Of a DNA stretch of 64,000 bases, positions 45,407-59,210 are shown one piece after another. Positions within the stretch are counted from its first letter, which is position 1, and every line of letters starts with the position of its first letter. The notes beneath the pieces are model-generated. The model saw nothing but the letters and a program-made list of their open reading frames with translations, searched no databases and had not been told where the DNA came from. The translations under genes and the position numbers were made by a program. Source of the DNA: Monocercomonoides exilis PA203 (lineage: Eukaryota > Protista > Preaxostyla); contig LSRY02000002.1 in assembly GCA_001643675.2 (NCBI GenBank), positions 558,001 to 622,000 of the forward strand, written 5' to 3'.

Positions 45407-48326
45407 TTACAATTTCTCCGTGTCTGACAGAGGCTTTCTCTTCCCTTTTTTAGCTCTCCTTTTTTTATTTTTCTTCGTCTTCTTTCTTTTCAATGTACTT
45501 TCCTCTGTTTTATTGCTCTTTTTCATCTCATCTGCTTTCACAATTGGCTTAATTTCTACTTTTTTCCCTCTAATCTTCTCAATAAACACACTAAAATCGT
45601 TCCGCAACGAACTTATTTTCGACATTCCACTGTTAATAATGCTATCAATTCCCTTGATTCCCACTCCTTTTCCTTCTCCTTCCCCACCATATCTCCTCAA
45701 ATACACCGCTCTCAGCACCACAAACACACAAACAGCAACCACCAGCACACAAACACTTGCCCCAATAATTTTCGCTATTTTCTTTCTCCTCTCTTCTCTC
45801 TGGCTCTCTCTCACAAGCATCGCTTCGTGGCTCCACGACGCTTCAGACGCCACCAACAGTTCATTCAGCTTGTCCTGGTTTGTTTTCCTCCTTCCTTTCC
45901 TCTTCTCTTCTTTTGGCTTCGATTTTGGCTTTGGATTCGAATCTGGTTCTGGTTTAATGTTCTTGTTTGCTTCTACTGCAACATTCTCCTTCATTTTCTG
46001 TAATTCTTCTTCCTCTTCTTCCTCTTTTTCTTTCTCTTCTTCTTTCTTTTTGCTCGGATCTTTCTTGTCATCTGCTCCAATCTTGACATTTTCAGAAGCC
46101 TTCGCCGCATTATTCACAATAACTCCTTTCTTCTCGTTCTCTTTTGTCTTCTTCTTCTTCTTCGGTTTGTTCTCTTTCTCCTTCATTTTCGGCTTCTCTT
46201 TTTCCTTTGCCTCTTTCTCTTCATTTTCCTCTTTCTCCACCTCTTTCCCTAAATTCTCTTTGACTTCCTTATTTTTCTGTGCATTTGCAATCCTTTCCAT
46301 CTCTTTCTTCCTCTTTTTCTTCTTCTCATTCTTCTCTTTCATCGCCTCAATCATCATTTCTGTCTTTTTGATGTCATCCAACACGATTTCTGGCACTTCT
46401 GGCAGCTCTTCTTTGCGCTTCACTGCTTTCTTTTCATTGGATTCCCCATTCTCTTTTCCTTTTGCTTTACTCTTTGATTTTTCTTTTTCTTTTTCTTTAT
46501 TTTTATCTTTCTCTTTCTTTTCAGTTTTTGGCTTTTCTTTTTCTTTCTCCTTTGCAGGTTTCACTTGTTCTTGCTCTTCATCTGCTTTTTCTTCTTTCTC
46601 TTTCTTTTCTTTCTCTTCCTTCTCTTCTTCCTTCTCCTTTTCTTCTTCTTCTTCTTCTTTCTTTTCTTTCTCTCCATTCTCCTCACTCTCCTTCTTCTTC
46701 TTCTCCTCTCCCTTTTCCTTCTCCTCTTCCTTTTCCTCCTTCTCATCCTTCTCATCTTTCGCCTCATCTTTCCCCTGTATTCCAATCACCACAGACTTCA
46801 CTGGCGTCTCCAACAAAGGCCCACGAGTCACTTTTGCCCCAGGCGCATACACAAACTTCGACAAAGGAGCAGCTTTGTTCGACGAATTGTTCAGTTTCAT
46901 TGAAGACTTGACTTCTATTCCTGGTTGTTTCACTGACTTTGCTTCTTCTTCTGTGCCTTTTGCGATATTTGTGCTATTTGTGCTTCGCTTTTCAGCCTCT
47001 TCCTTCATCGCCTTCTGCATCGCATCGATCCTTTTCTGCTCTTCCACTTTCTTCCTCACCTCCTCAATGAACTGCATTTTTTTCTCTTTGTCTCTTCTTT
47101 TCTGCTCTTCAATTCTTCTTTTCTCTTCCTCTCGCCTCGCTTTCTCCTCCATCTCCAGCTTCCTCCTCTTCTCCTCCAGCACTTTGTCCTCCGCTTCCCT
47201 CCTCCTCTTCGCTTCCTCCTCTTTCTTCTTCTTCTCTGCTGTCTCTTTGCTCTCCTTCTCCTTCTGCATCTTCGCCTTCTGCTGCTGCTCTGTTCGTGCA
47301 CTCTTCGCTTTTCCATCGTTGATCGCAACCAAATCGCCTGGAAGTGCCACACTTTCAATCGGCGCACGATTCTTCGGCAGAACTGGCTTTGTGTGGGGGA
47401 TGGGCGGAACAAGCTCTTCAAAAGAGGAAGAGGAGGAGGAAGAAGAAGAGGTGGAAGATGAGGAGGAGGAGGAAGAAGAAGAATAAGAGGCAGACGATGA
47501 AGTGGTTGTGGAGTGTGACGAGGAAGAATCAGACGCTGCTGAAGTGATGTCTGAAGGCAGGAAAGCAGACAAGGGCACATTGCGAGAGCTGGAAGAAAGG
47601 GAAGGTTTGGCAGGAGCCAGAGAAGAGGCAGGAAGAAAGCGAGGAACATTCTCTTGTGATGAAAGCACAGCAGTCGCAGTGTGTGTCTTTTGGGTGGCAT
47701 TAGATGAGCGGGAGGTTGCTGAGACAGAAGAGCTGTATTCTGATTGGAACGAGGGCTGTGTGCTCTTTGTGCTCTTTGATAAGCTGCCGGCTGTCTGTGC
47801 CATTGAAGTTGATGCTGCTGCTGCTGATGGTGTTGTTGTTGATAACACATTTGTGCTTTTCTTCTTCTTCTTCGCTGCAATCTCCGAAGGCTCCAGGCCG
47901 AAGACGACTTCCCCGTCAAAGATGTCCATGATCCCATCGACTCTGTCTTCCGCTTTCGACGAATGAGCTGCGTGCTCGTGCCGCTTGGCTTTGTCTTTCT
48001 CCTTTTCTTTCTCGCTCCTCCTCCTCCTCCTCCTCGGTGACTCATACGATTCGCTCTCTTCAGAAGAATATGAAGAAGACACAGATTTCCTTCTGCTTCG
48101 GCGGACATTTTCTCGGCTGGAATGCTTTGAAACCCGCTCTCTTCTCTCTCTCTCTCGTTTTCGATGCTCTTTCTCTTTCTCTTTCTCTCTTTGTCTTTCC
48201 CTTTCTCTTTCCTTTTCTCTTTTTGTCAATGAAACATGATGATCCTTCCTGGTAGAAGAAGACGAAGAAGAAGAAGCATGTTTACTTCTTTTGTATCGAT
48301 GCCTCAGCCTTGAATCATCTGTGGAA

Positions 48327-48358
<32 letters not shown>

Positions 48359-48392
48359 TTCTTCTTCCTCCTCCTCCTCCTCCTCCTCCTCC

Positions 48393-48442
<50 letters not shown>

Positions 48443-49362
48443 TTCCTCTTCCTCTTCTTCCTCTTCTTCCTCTTCATCCTCCCATTCAGATTCTTCTTCT
48501 TCTTTCTTTTCATCATTTTTATTGCTTTTCTTTTTCAGTTCAATGGCTTGTCGCCTTTCTTTAAGTATTTGCACCAGTAAGCGTGAAGATATTTCCTTTT
48601 TGGAAGATGAAGGCTCTTTAGCTGAAGATGATTTCTGTGCAGCCTGCACTTTCTTAATGGTTGTTGATTCAGAATTTTTTGTCGATTCTTTTTCTGCCAA
48701 ATGATCTTTTTTATCATCCGTTTGTGCAGTTTCTTTTTGTTGCTGAGAACGTTGATATTGTTGCATTTGTTGAAATTGTTGCTGAGGATAGTATTGTTGT
48801 GCTGGATATTGCTGTGGATAAGCAATTTGCATCATCATCGATTGTGAAGCTCCTACAGACGATGCGCCTGATGCTGAATATGAAGAATATAGTGAATTCG
48901 TAACACCAGATGCACCTTGCGGTAAAAGATGAGCAGGTTGACTAACATATGCAGATGGAGTTTGAGTGGATGAAAACCCTCCAGAAGCAGGTGGATACGC
49001 ATATGGATAATAAGGATATTGTTGGCGATATGAATCAGCTGGTGGATAAGATTGGCCCATTGGGATTGATGGAACTGAAGTTGAAGGATAAAAACCATGT
49101 TGAATCATTGGAACTTGTTGAGTTTGAGGTGTCTGCTGCGTTTGAACCATAGTACGTGAAGTATTTTCACCATCATATTTAAGTGAACCTTTAACTTTTT
49201 CTTGTTTTGAATATTTATCGCGATTATCATATTTTTTTGTGCTGTGGATCTTTGAAGGAGGATTCATCGAAATAAAATCTGGAGAATCGGGAAATGGTGG
49301 AGGAGATACAGTTGGAGGAGTCGGAGGCGTAAATTTATAAGCTCCTGAGTCATTTTCTGACA
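45407..49362 (-). CDS. Intronless low-complexity protein (Q/P/Y N-terminus, long poly-Glu, K/E coiled coil) with one C-terminal TM helix
   Basis: Long ORF, first ATG at 49362. TM segment IIGASVCVLVVAVCVFVVLRAVYL is flanked by basic residues. Confidence 0.75.
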
Positions 49363-50393
49363 TATTCTCCTTTTTGTTGGTGTTAAAATATAGTACAGAT
49401 GAGATCAAGTCGGATCAAAATAGGAAATCATCATGAAATTTGAATTTTTTGATATTAAATGTATACTTAAGTTTAATCTGCAAATTTGAAAAAAGAAAGA
49501 AAGAAGTACACTTCCTCTGAATGTATGCAAAAACAACTCATTAAGTTGAAAAAGAGTAACATATAATTATTAGTAGAACACGATGTGAACAAAATCTTCA
49601 ATTGCACCATTAATGGTGTTAAGAAGGTGCTTAAATAATATGAAAAAGATATACATGTGAAAAAAACGTTAAAATATACACAACGTTTACTTCTACGACA
49701 AAGAAAAACGAAAAAAAGAAAATTATAATAAATGATTATATAAAAACGAAACCAATGGGATTAACAAGAAAGAATAGAAAGCTTTGAGGAAGTTAGTCAG
49801 AAAGGAGCTATTCCGCAACTTATAAAACAGTCACATAACAATCAAAGCTCAAATAAAAAAGAATCAGGAGCACATAAACTGTGATATGGGTATAGACCGT
49901 ATATCATAGTACTAACAATTAATCGTCTTGCTCTCAAGGTTAATTCAAATACACAAACGAGTATTAAAGCTATTATAAAGTAATGAGTTATACACATAAA
50001 TAAAAGTAATTACTGCTAAGTAAACGACAGCAAGCCAAATGGCTATAATAAAATGCGTCGAGTGTGATAGATAAGTATAAAAAGAGGAATTCTAAAAAAA
50101 CTATATACTGACGAAATATGAACACATTATAAAAAAAGACAAGGAAAGAGATTAAGAGCAATATAAAAAACATATGTTAAATATGTTAATCATATACAAA
50201 AGGAAAAAAATTCTTCTAAAAAAAAAAAAGGCAAAGAAATTATGCTAAAAGGACAAAATAAGGATAACAAGAAAAGATTTAAAAAAATTAAAAAAAAAAA
50301 AATCTAAAAAATTTAGAAAGAAAGCACACAAAAAATAGTTTTTTTTTCTTTTAAAATAAAAAAAAAACCACACAGAAATAAGTAGTCTTCAAC

Positions 50394-53300
50394 CTAATAA
50401 ATACCAGATCCATTCCGTAAATCAGCCTTGCTATCGGAATTGGCCAGCTGCTCACTCGAAGGGATGGGAAGCGAAAGTGGCAATGATGAAGTCAGAGAGA
50501 AGGAGGGAAGCGACTCTGAGGAATTAGAAGGATCAGAGGAAGAATTAGCATTAGTTGTAGTTGTAGTTGTAGTTGATGATGAGGATGAGGATGATGAGGC
50601 AGCAGCAGAAGCAGACGAATCAGAAGTGGAAAGAGGAGAGATTGAAGGAAGAGGAAGAGGATATGAAGAAGAAGAAGAAGAAGAAGACGATGATGACGAT
50701 GATAATGAAGAGGTAGGAGGAGGTGGTGACGGTGGAGAAGAGGCAGACAGCGGAAGGGTGTTGGCAGTTGAACATTGAGTAGATGCCGCTGAGGTGAGAT
50801 AATGAAGCTCAGAAGGCATCTGTGTGACATAAAAAGAGTGAGGCAAGGTGCTGTTGCTACTGTCCATATCGCTATGGCCAATAACACTGTTATCGATGTT
50901 GCTACTGCTATTGCCATTGGTGCTGCTCCCAGAGCCGTTCGGCGCATGCGACGCATTTGAGAAGGAGGAACCAGAAGACGAGGTGAAGGAAGACATGTTT
51001 GTGGACCCAGTCAGCATTGATGAGGCAGACGAGGCAGAAGATGCAGTCAGCCCAGTCAGAGAGGCAGAGCTGGTGGTGTTGGCGGAGTTTGTAGAGTTAG
51101 CAGAGTTTGTGGAGCTGGTAGGCGAGGCAGAAGGGGAGTTGATGGCTGGATCGATGGCAGACAAGGAGAGTGAGGAGGACATCATGAATGAAGAAGGTGG
51201 GGACACAGATGTCAGTGTGATGTCGGAAGAGGACGAGTAAAACTGGCCAGCGGAAGAGAAAGTGGCGGTCGATGATGAGGAAGAGCCTGTAGCAGACGAG
51301 GCATTGATGGACGAGGTAGCACGGGATGAAGAGGCGATTGTGGATGGAGTCAGCGATTGTGTGGAGGCAGTGGCTGTGGAAGGCGAGGTGTATGCAGACG
51401 ATGCTGGTGACATCGACAGCAGCTCCTCGCCAATGGCAGTGAATGGAAACGTCATAATTCTGCTGTTCTCTGGCACAAGATGGTTGAACGCTTCCTCAAA
51501 CTCTTCATCTTCATTCTCGCTGCCTTCATCACTCGCATTCTTGTTATCACTGGCTTCAGCATCATCTCCTTCTTTGTTCTGCTTCAAGCCATCTTCTGCT
51601 TTCCTCTCAACAATTCCATCTTTCGTCTGCATCAGCGTAAATTGCAAGCGATGCTGCTGTTCTCTCAAAGGCTTCATCTGCAGCTGTGAAGGCTGCCCTG
51701 GCTGATTAGACAGGTTTGACAGGCTTGTTTGACTCATCTCGTCTGTTTCCTTCTCTCTGGCGAGTGAAAAATTGTTCACAGAATCTGCTGAATGTCTCAG
51801 AATGTCCAACACAAACGGAGTCATGTAAGGTGACAGAGGCATCGCTGAGACAGTCACTGACGATGTTTGCTGCTGAAGCTGCTGATTGGCATCCGAAGAC
51901 ACAACCATTCCATCATTGTTTTCGCCTTCTTTTGTGCCTTTCATGCTAATCTCGCTCGTTTCTTCTGCATCTGGCACAGCTGACTGCAGTTCATCACCTG
52001 CTTTGGATTTGATATCGCTGAAGCTGTTTGTCTTCTCCTCTCCTTCTTCTTCACACTCATCATTCGTCTCCGAGTCAGTCTCTACCTCAGAATCTCTATT
52101 GAGCTTCCTGAAACTGTACCTTCCTTTCGCTCCGCCACCTCTTCCAGTGCGAAACGATGTAGCCAATCCAAACGCATCGTCCTCAGATTCGTTGCTCTGC
52201 CCTTTCCTTCCACCCCATCGCATACGCGTTCCCAGCGCGCTGATGTCATTCAGCTCTGAAAAATCGATCTGTCCAGCACTGGAGTCTGTGTTCTGCCCAA
52301 TTGCATATTGCATTCCTGGTTTAATGGAAGACGATGGTGATGTGGACGATGCAGACAACGAAGACAATGGAGAAGCCATTGTCACATCAGGCATAACCAT
52401 ATCCCCGACACTCTTGCTTGCCTTCGGAGAAAAAGCTAAATACGGAGAATTTGACATCTTCGGAGAATCAGCGGTTTTGTCAGGATTTAAGTCCAATTCC
52501 ATATTATGTGTGTACTGCTGCAATTTAGCCTGTGCTAAATATTCATCAGACGTTCTATCAATCATTGAAGAAACAATCTTCATTCCGTCTGCACTAATCT
52601 CATTATCTGACAACAATCTCCGTCCATCTTCGGCTTTGAGTGAAGAAAGCAGTTCACTAAGCACTTGCGAGCTCGATTTGCCTTCAGTTCCACTTCCAGC
52701 TCCTATTCCTTTCCCACTTTCACTTTCACTTCCATTTTCGTTTCTAGTTCCCATCAACAATTCTTTCCTAATCTCACTTTCTCCTTCCTTTCCAAGTTTC
52801 AATGTGAACTCATCCCCGCACATATCTTGTGTCTGCGGTGCCGACATTGTTCTCTCAGCTTCTGCCATCTCTTCATCTGCTGGCAAATCAGCATCTGGCT
52901 CCGAATGCTCCGAGGCTGCCGACTCGGGCGAGTTCGGCGAGTCGCGGAGGGGCACAATCAGCGCCAGTGTGGCTGAGAGTGATCGCGGCTGGATCTGAGT
53001 GAAGGAGTCGTGCTGCTCTTCCAAAGAAGGCTTAGGCATGTGCTTGTGACCACGCATTTTGCCTTCCTTTGCTAATAACTCAGAAACCTTGGGGTTTGCT
53101 GGCAATGCATCGAGACGAGGGGGTTTACGATTAGGTGAAGAACCATTCAGATTTGAACTACGTGCATCTGCTCCTTTTCTTTGCAGCTCCTCTTCCAATT
53201 GTCTGCTCGTCATCAGCTTCTGTGCCATCGCAGGAGGCGACAGCTGTCTTCTCTGCCCTGACGCATATCCACCACTTACAGTCCCATTTACAGCGCCATT

Positions 53301-56300
53301 CATAGCAGCTGCCTTGTGCTCTCTAGCTGCTTCTCTCCTCTCAGAACTGGTTTTCAATGAATGCTTAGCACGTGAATGGCCGTTCTGATGAGAAGATGGA
53401 TGACGATGCAACATATTACGTGCTCTCTGCTGCATTCGTGCTTCTTCTTCTTCAGAGACAAAAGACTCTGTTCCATCGCCTACAGACAAAGAGGACGTTG
53501 CATTGGTTGCTGTAGCAGACGACGCACTGAATGAGGAGTAAGTGAGCGATGTAGACAGCGGTGAAAGAGAGGACGAAGAAGTATGACACGACATCGTATC
53601 AGATGCCATCGGTGACACAACACGGCCAGAAGCAGAGTGGGTAGAAGGCGAAGACGCAGGATGAAATTTGGGCAGCGGCAATGGTGGAGGTAATCCCAAA
53701 GGTGAGAGATCCATTCCAGGCGGAAGCAAAGTGCCGTTTGCAGCTCTTGCAGTGGTCTCCTTCCAAGCAGGACTCGAATGTGTACTGCTGCTTCCTGTTT
53801 TGTTCCCATTTCCAGCTGAAACTCCGCTCAAACCAGTCTTCGTAGCCACAGAGCGCATGTTGAATGGGGAAACGTTAGTCACTGGAGGCAGAGTGGCATA
53901 CGCCGAAGTGGTCGAAGAGGCAGCAGGATTCTGATTAGCAGTGGCTGATGCAGCTGAGAAAGGTCTGGCTGGAAGAGAAGGCAAAGACGGAGAAAAAGAA
54001 GTGGCGGCTGTAGTGCCAAATGAAGACGAAGCAGCATGTTTGGGCAAAGTCGAAGGCAAATTATGAGAAGAAACAGGCTGATCAGATGATGGCGACTGGA
54101 ACTTCACAAACGGGGTAACACGAATTTGAGAAGAAACATGATCAGCTGTGTTGTAGGAGATATCATTCGACAATGGAGACATGCTGGCAGACAAACCAGA
54201 TGGAGAAGCAGAAGGAAGAGATTCGGACTTTGATTGCGTTGCGGATGACGGCAGAGGAGGAAGAGGGAGCAAAGGCGATTCCAAATACGAATATTTGTGC
54301 TTTGATGAAGCCTTGTGGCGCCTGTGGTGGCTGCTGCGGTGATGGGAGTGTGCTTCATTAATATTGTCTTCAGCAAGCGTGCTATGCTTCAACGGCGAGC
54401 GAATCGAAGCCTGTTTGTGTTTTGGTGGGGGCGGAGTGGTTGAGGAAACAGCATCGACGTATTGCGAAGACGTTGAATGGGTCACTCTTGCTGAAACAGC
54501 AGCAGGAGAAGAAGAGGACGGAGGAGGCGGAGGAAGATGTGTGATGGTTGTGGGAGATTGTTGCATGGGCAAAGGCAGAGGGAGAGGAAGAAGAGGAGGC
54601 AGTGGAGGGAGCGGAGGCAGCTGTTTTTCGGGGGCCTGACGCAGTTGCGGAACAGGAGGTAGTGGTGGAAGAGGAGGCGGTGGTAGATCAGACAAATTAA
54701 AAGCTGAACCAGAAGAAGAAGAGGAGGAAGAAAATGATGATGGCAAAGAGACAGTTGTGGAAGGATGTGCTACATAAGACATATGCTTTACATCAGTTAA
54801 ACATGGATCAAAATGCATACTTGACAGCTTTGACAACGATGATTGAGAAGCCTGAGACGAAGAAAGCTGAGCACCAGTCAAAGAATCGCCCCACACAGAA
54901 GAAGGCATATACGATGAGTGGCTTGTTGGTGCACTTGGCAGAGAAGAAAGCGAAGAAGAGGATACAGAAGACGCAGAGGAGGAAGAAGCTGTTGGCAACA
55001 ATGACGCAAAGGTTGGTGTATGAGAAGACATGGACATATTTATATTCTGCGATTGGTGAAGCTGTGGTGTCTGTGGCTGAAATGGCGGTGTAATCATCAT
55101 GTGTGAAGACAATTGAGACTGAGGCAGAGGTTGTGATAGCGATGGAGAAAATGACGAAGAAAACGATGAAGAAAAAGCAGAAGAAGACGAAGGCGAAGGA
55201 GTAGCTCCCAAGCTCGTCTCGACTCCCAGATTTGAAGGAGTAAAAACATTAGGAGTGAATGAAGAAGTATCTATTCGCGGAGTAGGCAAAGAATCATTGG
55301 TAGATATGCTATTGTGGAATGCAGTCGACGCTTGATGAGAAAACGTTTTTCCAAACAAATTAACTGGAGGAGGAGGTAGATGCAATGTAGTTGATGTATC
55401 ATACAAAGAATTATGGGCTGAATGCGAGGCTGGAAGATGCGGTAGCTGCGACTGTAAAGGCGGAGATGGAGTCTTGGTGCTATGTGGCGTTTTAGGCAGC
55501 TGTGAAAAAGATGACACTAACTTTGAATCTGATCCAATAGCAAAATTCTCTTGCGTGTTTGATGACTGAGAAAGGAACATTCCTGATGATCCTGTAGCCG
55601 TTGCAGAAAACTCAGAGTTTTCAGTTTTCGAAGCTTCGAATGACCCTCGATTATTTCCTTTCATGTTTCCTCTTCCTTTTGGATATGCTGAATCTCTTGA
55701 TTTTTCTTTTTCTTTTTGACGCTCCCATTCCTCTTTTTCTTTAAGCCTTTTTTCCTTCATTGTTGAAGTTTCTGCGTATTTTATCATCAAAGGTGCAGAC
55801 GAACCAGTCAGACGATATCCTTGTAACGCTTTCAGAGCAGCATCAGCAGACGATTGAGATGTAAAACGAACAAATCCTATTTGCTTCGATGCATGAGTAT
55901 TTCCATCTACCATTACCTTAATTGCTTCGATTTCTCCGAAAGGTGAGAAAAGTGCATGCAAAGATTCTTTATAATAAAAAAAATCACAAATTGAAAAGTA
56001 AAAAATTAGTTACATAAAAAATCACACCTTCTGTTGTCGTTGGAAGAAGAGGTTTCACATATAGATTTGGATTTGCTACCATTGGTTGAGGTAATTTTGG
56101 TGGATTTGACCGTTTCACAAGCAAACACTTTTGTCCAAGCTTATAGTTGTTCATTTTTGATAACGCAAGAGATGCTTCGTCTTCACGAAAGTACTTCACA
56201 AATCCATATCCTAAACTTTCTCCAGTTTTATTGTCGACCTTTTATTTTTAAATTTAAAAATTTCAACGTAACAACACAAGAAAAGCTGCTACAAAAAGGC

Positions 56301-56439
56301 AAACCATGACTTTAGAAGAGGCAATTGTGCCAAACTGCGCAAATAATGAATACAGTTGCTCATCATCAACTGTATTAGGAAGATATTTCACAAACAAATT
56401 AAGTCGGTCGCAAGATTCCTGCATTTGTTGCTGAGTCAT
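50394..56439 (-). CDS. ELAV/Sex-lethal-like protein with two RRMs and a very long Ser/Pro tail; introns 56239-56304 and 55967-56027
   Basis: RRM1: NLFVKYLP...TGESLGYGFVKY. RRM2: NLYVKPL...SKQIGFVRF. GT-AG introns are in frame. Confidence 0.88.
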
Positions 56440-56854
56440 TACACACACCAAAAATGACTAAATTACAAAGAAGTTTGCTAGATATAAAACTAAAGTCGAT
56501 GGTCTCAAATAGCGATCCAAAATGTCGTTGAAGCAAATAAAAAGGTAAATTTCCTCCTCCGTAAGATAAATACGAAATTAGGGAGCGATGATCCATTTGC
56601 TCAAATTTTAGAAATGGGTGTTTTTTCCATTTTGGATTCTAATTTGTCAATGAATATTCTTATTATTATATGTCAAGTTGAAAGAAATATATTGAAAAAT
56701 ATTGATAAAAAATAAACAAAATTCAAAATTCAAATAAAACTTTTTTATTCAAAATAAAATCAAAGTGAAGTGTCATGAAAATTGTTTAAGTTCAACAAAA
56801 AAAAAAAAAAGAAATTATAATTGTAATCTTTCAAATTCTAAAATTCCAAGTTTG

Positions 56855-59119
56855 CTAAAGAATTGCTGCCATTAAAGGATCAGGAAACAGAACCTCTATA
56901 ATCGTTCCATTACTAAGGCCAACAAAGAAGCGAAGTGAATTAAGTGGGTGTGGAGCCAGGCAAGTGACATAAGCCTGCTTCAACTCCTCGTTCTGTCTGG
57001 CCCTGTGCTTCTGATGTGCGTGTTTCGTTTTCTCCTTCTGCTGCGCAAACGCAGGCGCAGAAAAGAACTCGTAGTCAGACAAGCTGTCGCTCGACACAAC
57101 ATCTCCATCGTCCACCAAATTAGCCCCAGAAAACGGAGATTCAAAGGGAGAAGCACAAATCTCGCCTTCCTCCACAGCCTCGTCGTCTGATTCCTTCTCG
57201 CTGTCTGTCTTAGCAGCGCCACTTTCTCCTGTTTTCCCTGCTGTTCCAGCTGCTCTGTCTAATTCTTCTGCTATTCGGGTGAGGTTGACAAGAGAGCCAG
57301 TCACCAGAAGCTGATTGGCAGGAGTGAGAATCCTTAAGCGGTGGGGGATAGACACAGCTCCTACCGTTGTGCTGCTGGAGGAAGAGAAGGAAGAGAAGGA
57401 AGAGAAAGAAGAAGAAGTCTCAAATTGGATAGGAGAAGCAGCAGAAGCGATAGATTGGATGGTTTGAGCATATGGAGGAAGAGGGAAAGAGAGGAGAAGC
57501 TTGCTGTTCAGTGCCACAATGAAGGACGCCGACTCGCAGTCGAAACAGGCAGCTGTGATGATGTTGTGTGGAGAGGACTGATTTGCTGATGCTGATGCTG
57601 AAGAAGATAAAGAAGAAGAAGAAGAAGATGATGATGAAGATCCGTTTGGCAGCAACGAAAGAGGAGAGACCAAAGAAGTGCTTTGTAAAGCGACAGATGA
57701 CCACATCCCAATCAAATGGAATTGACAGGGGAAAGACGGCTCGGGTGCTCCTTCAATCAAGACAGGCTTGCATAAATAGAATATGACTGAAGAAATAAAC
57801 AAGTTAATAAAAAGAAGGAAGGAAGGAAGAAAGAAAGAAAGAAAAGAAAAGAAAAATAAGTAAAAATAAAATGGTTAATTATAAAAAACCAATAATCAAT
57901 CAACATACAAAAGTGTGTTGGCGTCACCAGCGCAATCGCTTTCTCGTTTGGCGAGTTGACAAACTTAAACCATTCTTCCTTCTCGTTCTTGCCCAGCTGC
58001 AGAAATCGCTGTGCCATCACAGACATCCCCTTCTCATCCACAATCTGCTTCCCCTTCGCCTTCATCGTACTCGGCTCTTCCAGCTCCAAACTCTCTGCGA
58101 TCGAGCCAACTTTGTTTTGTGTCTGTGAAGCAGCAGTCTGATCAGCTGCCCCAACTCCTTGTGCCTGCGGAAACGGCTTCTGCCACTCCTTCCACAGAAA
58201 CTCCACCTCCGCCTCCGACAGCAGCGATCGCAGCTTCTTCGTCTTCGTTCCTTCGCCCTGCTCAGCCCTCGCGCTGACAGTGAGTGCAGCCAGCAGCACG
58301 CTCTGGACGCTGAAGCTGGCGCCCCTCAGCTCCCGCAGCATGTTGTCAGTTGCGTGGAAGAGCGAGACAACTCCGTCGTTTCCGAAGCACAGCACGATGT
58401 GGAAAGCAGAGTTGACGGAGAACTGTATCTGCACGCTCGGCCGGTTGCGGATGGGCGCAATGAGCATCTTCCGCTTCGTAGCCACGTCCACCAGCATCAC
58501 CGTCCGGTCGTGTGTCGCCACGACAATCGTGTTCGGCTGCACCAGCGCGCCAACCGCAGTGCATTCGACTTTGGCGATGGCGGGGAATGCAACCTGCGGA
58601 GTTATGTGGAAGAAGAAAGGTCGCAGTCCAAATGTGCCGACTAGAACATCCTGGTCTTTGGAGAGGGAGAAAGAGCGGATTGGCGTCTGAAGAGTGTCTA
58701 ATGACACTTTTTTGCTGGCAGCAGCTGCAGCTGAGCCGACCATGTCGATTGGGCGGACGAGCTCGGAGACGAACTTCAGAGGGACAGCGGGTGAGGAGCT
58801 GGAAGATGACAAGTCTGAAGAAGAAGAAGAAGAAGAAGAAGAAGACGATGATGATAAAGAAGGGATTGAAAGAGAAACAGAAGATAATCTTTGAGGGTTG
58901 GTGGGGATTACTCCACAATGGATGAGTTGGTTGGGACCGCAGGATATGATGAAGATTGCATCGTTTTTCTTTTCTGAAATTTTTTATTTTAAAGAAAAAT
59001 GTGAAAAAAAATTGAAAATAATTAATCAAAAATTCATAATTCATTTAATAAAATAACAAAAGTTTATTTTTTTTTTTTAAAAAAAATAGAGAGAGAGTGT
59101 GAAAGAGAGAGAGAGAGAT

Positions 59120-59150
<31 letters not shown>

Positions 59151-59179
59151 AAGAGAGAAAGAGAGAAAGAGATAGAGAT

Positions 59180-59210
<31 letters not shown>

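Noticed and set aside
45420-47486. 688-aa Phe/Ser-rich plus-strand ORF, and many similar antisense ORFs
   Set aside because: Shadow of Lys/Glu (AAR/GAR) codons on the coding strand; low-complexity repeats lack antisense stops.
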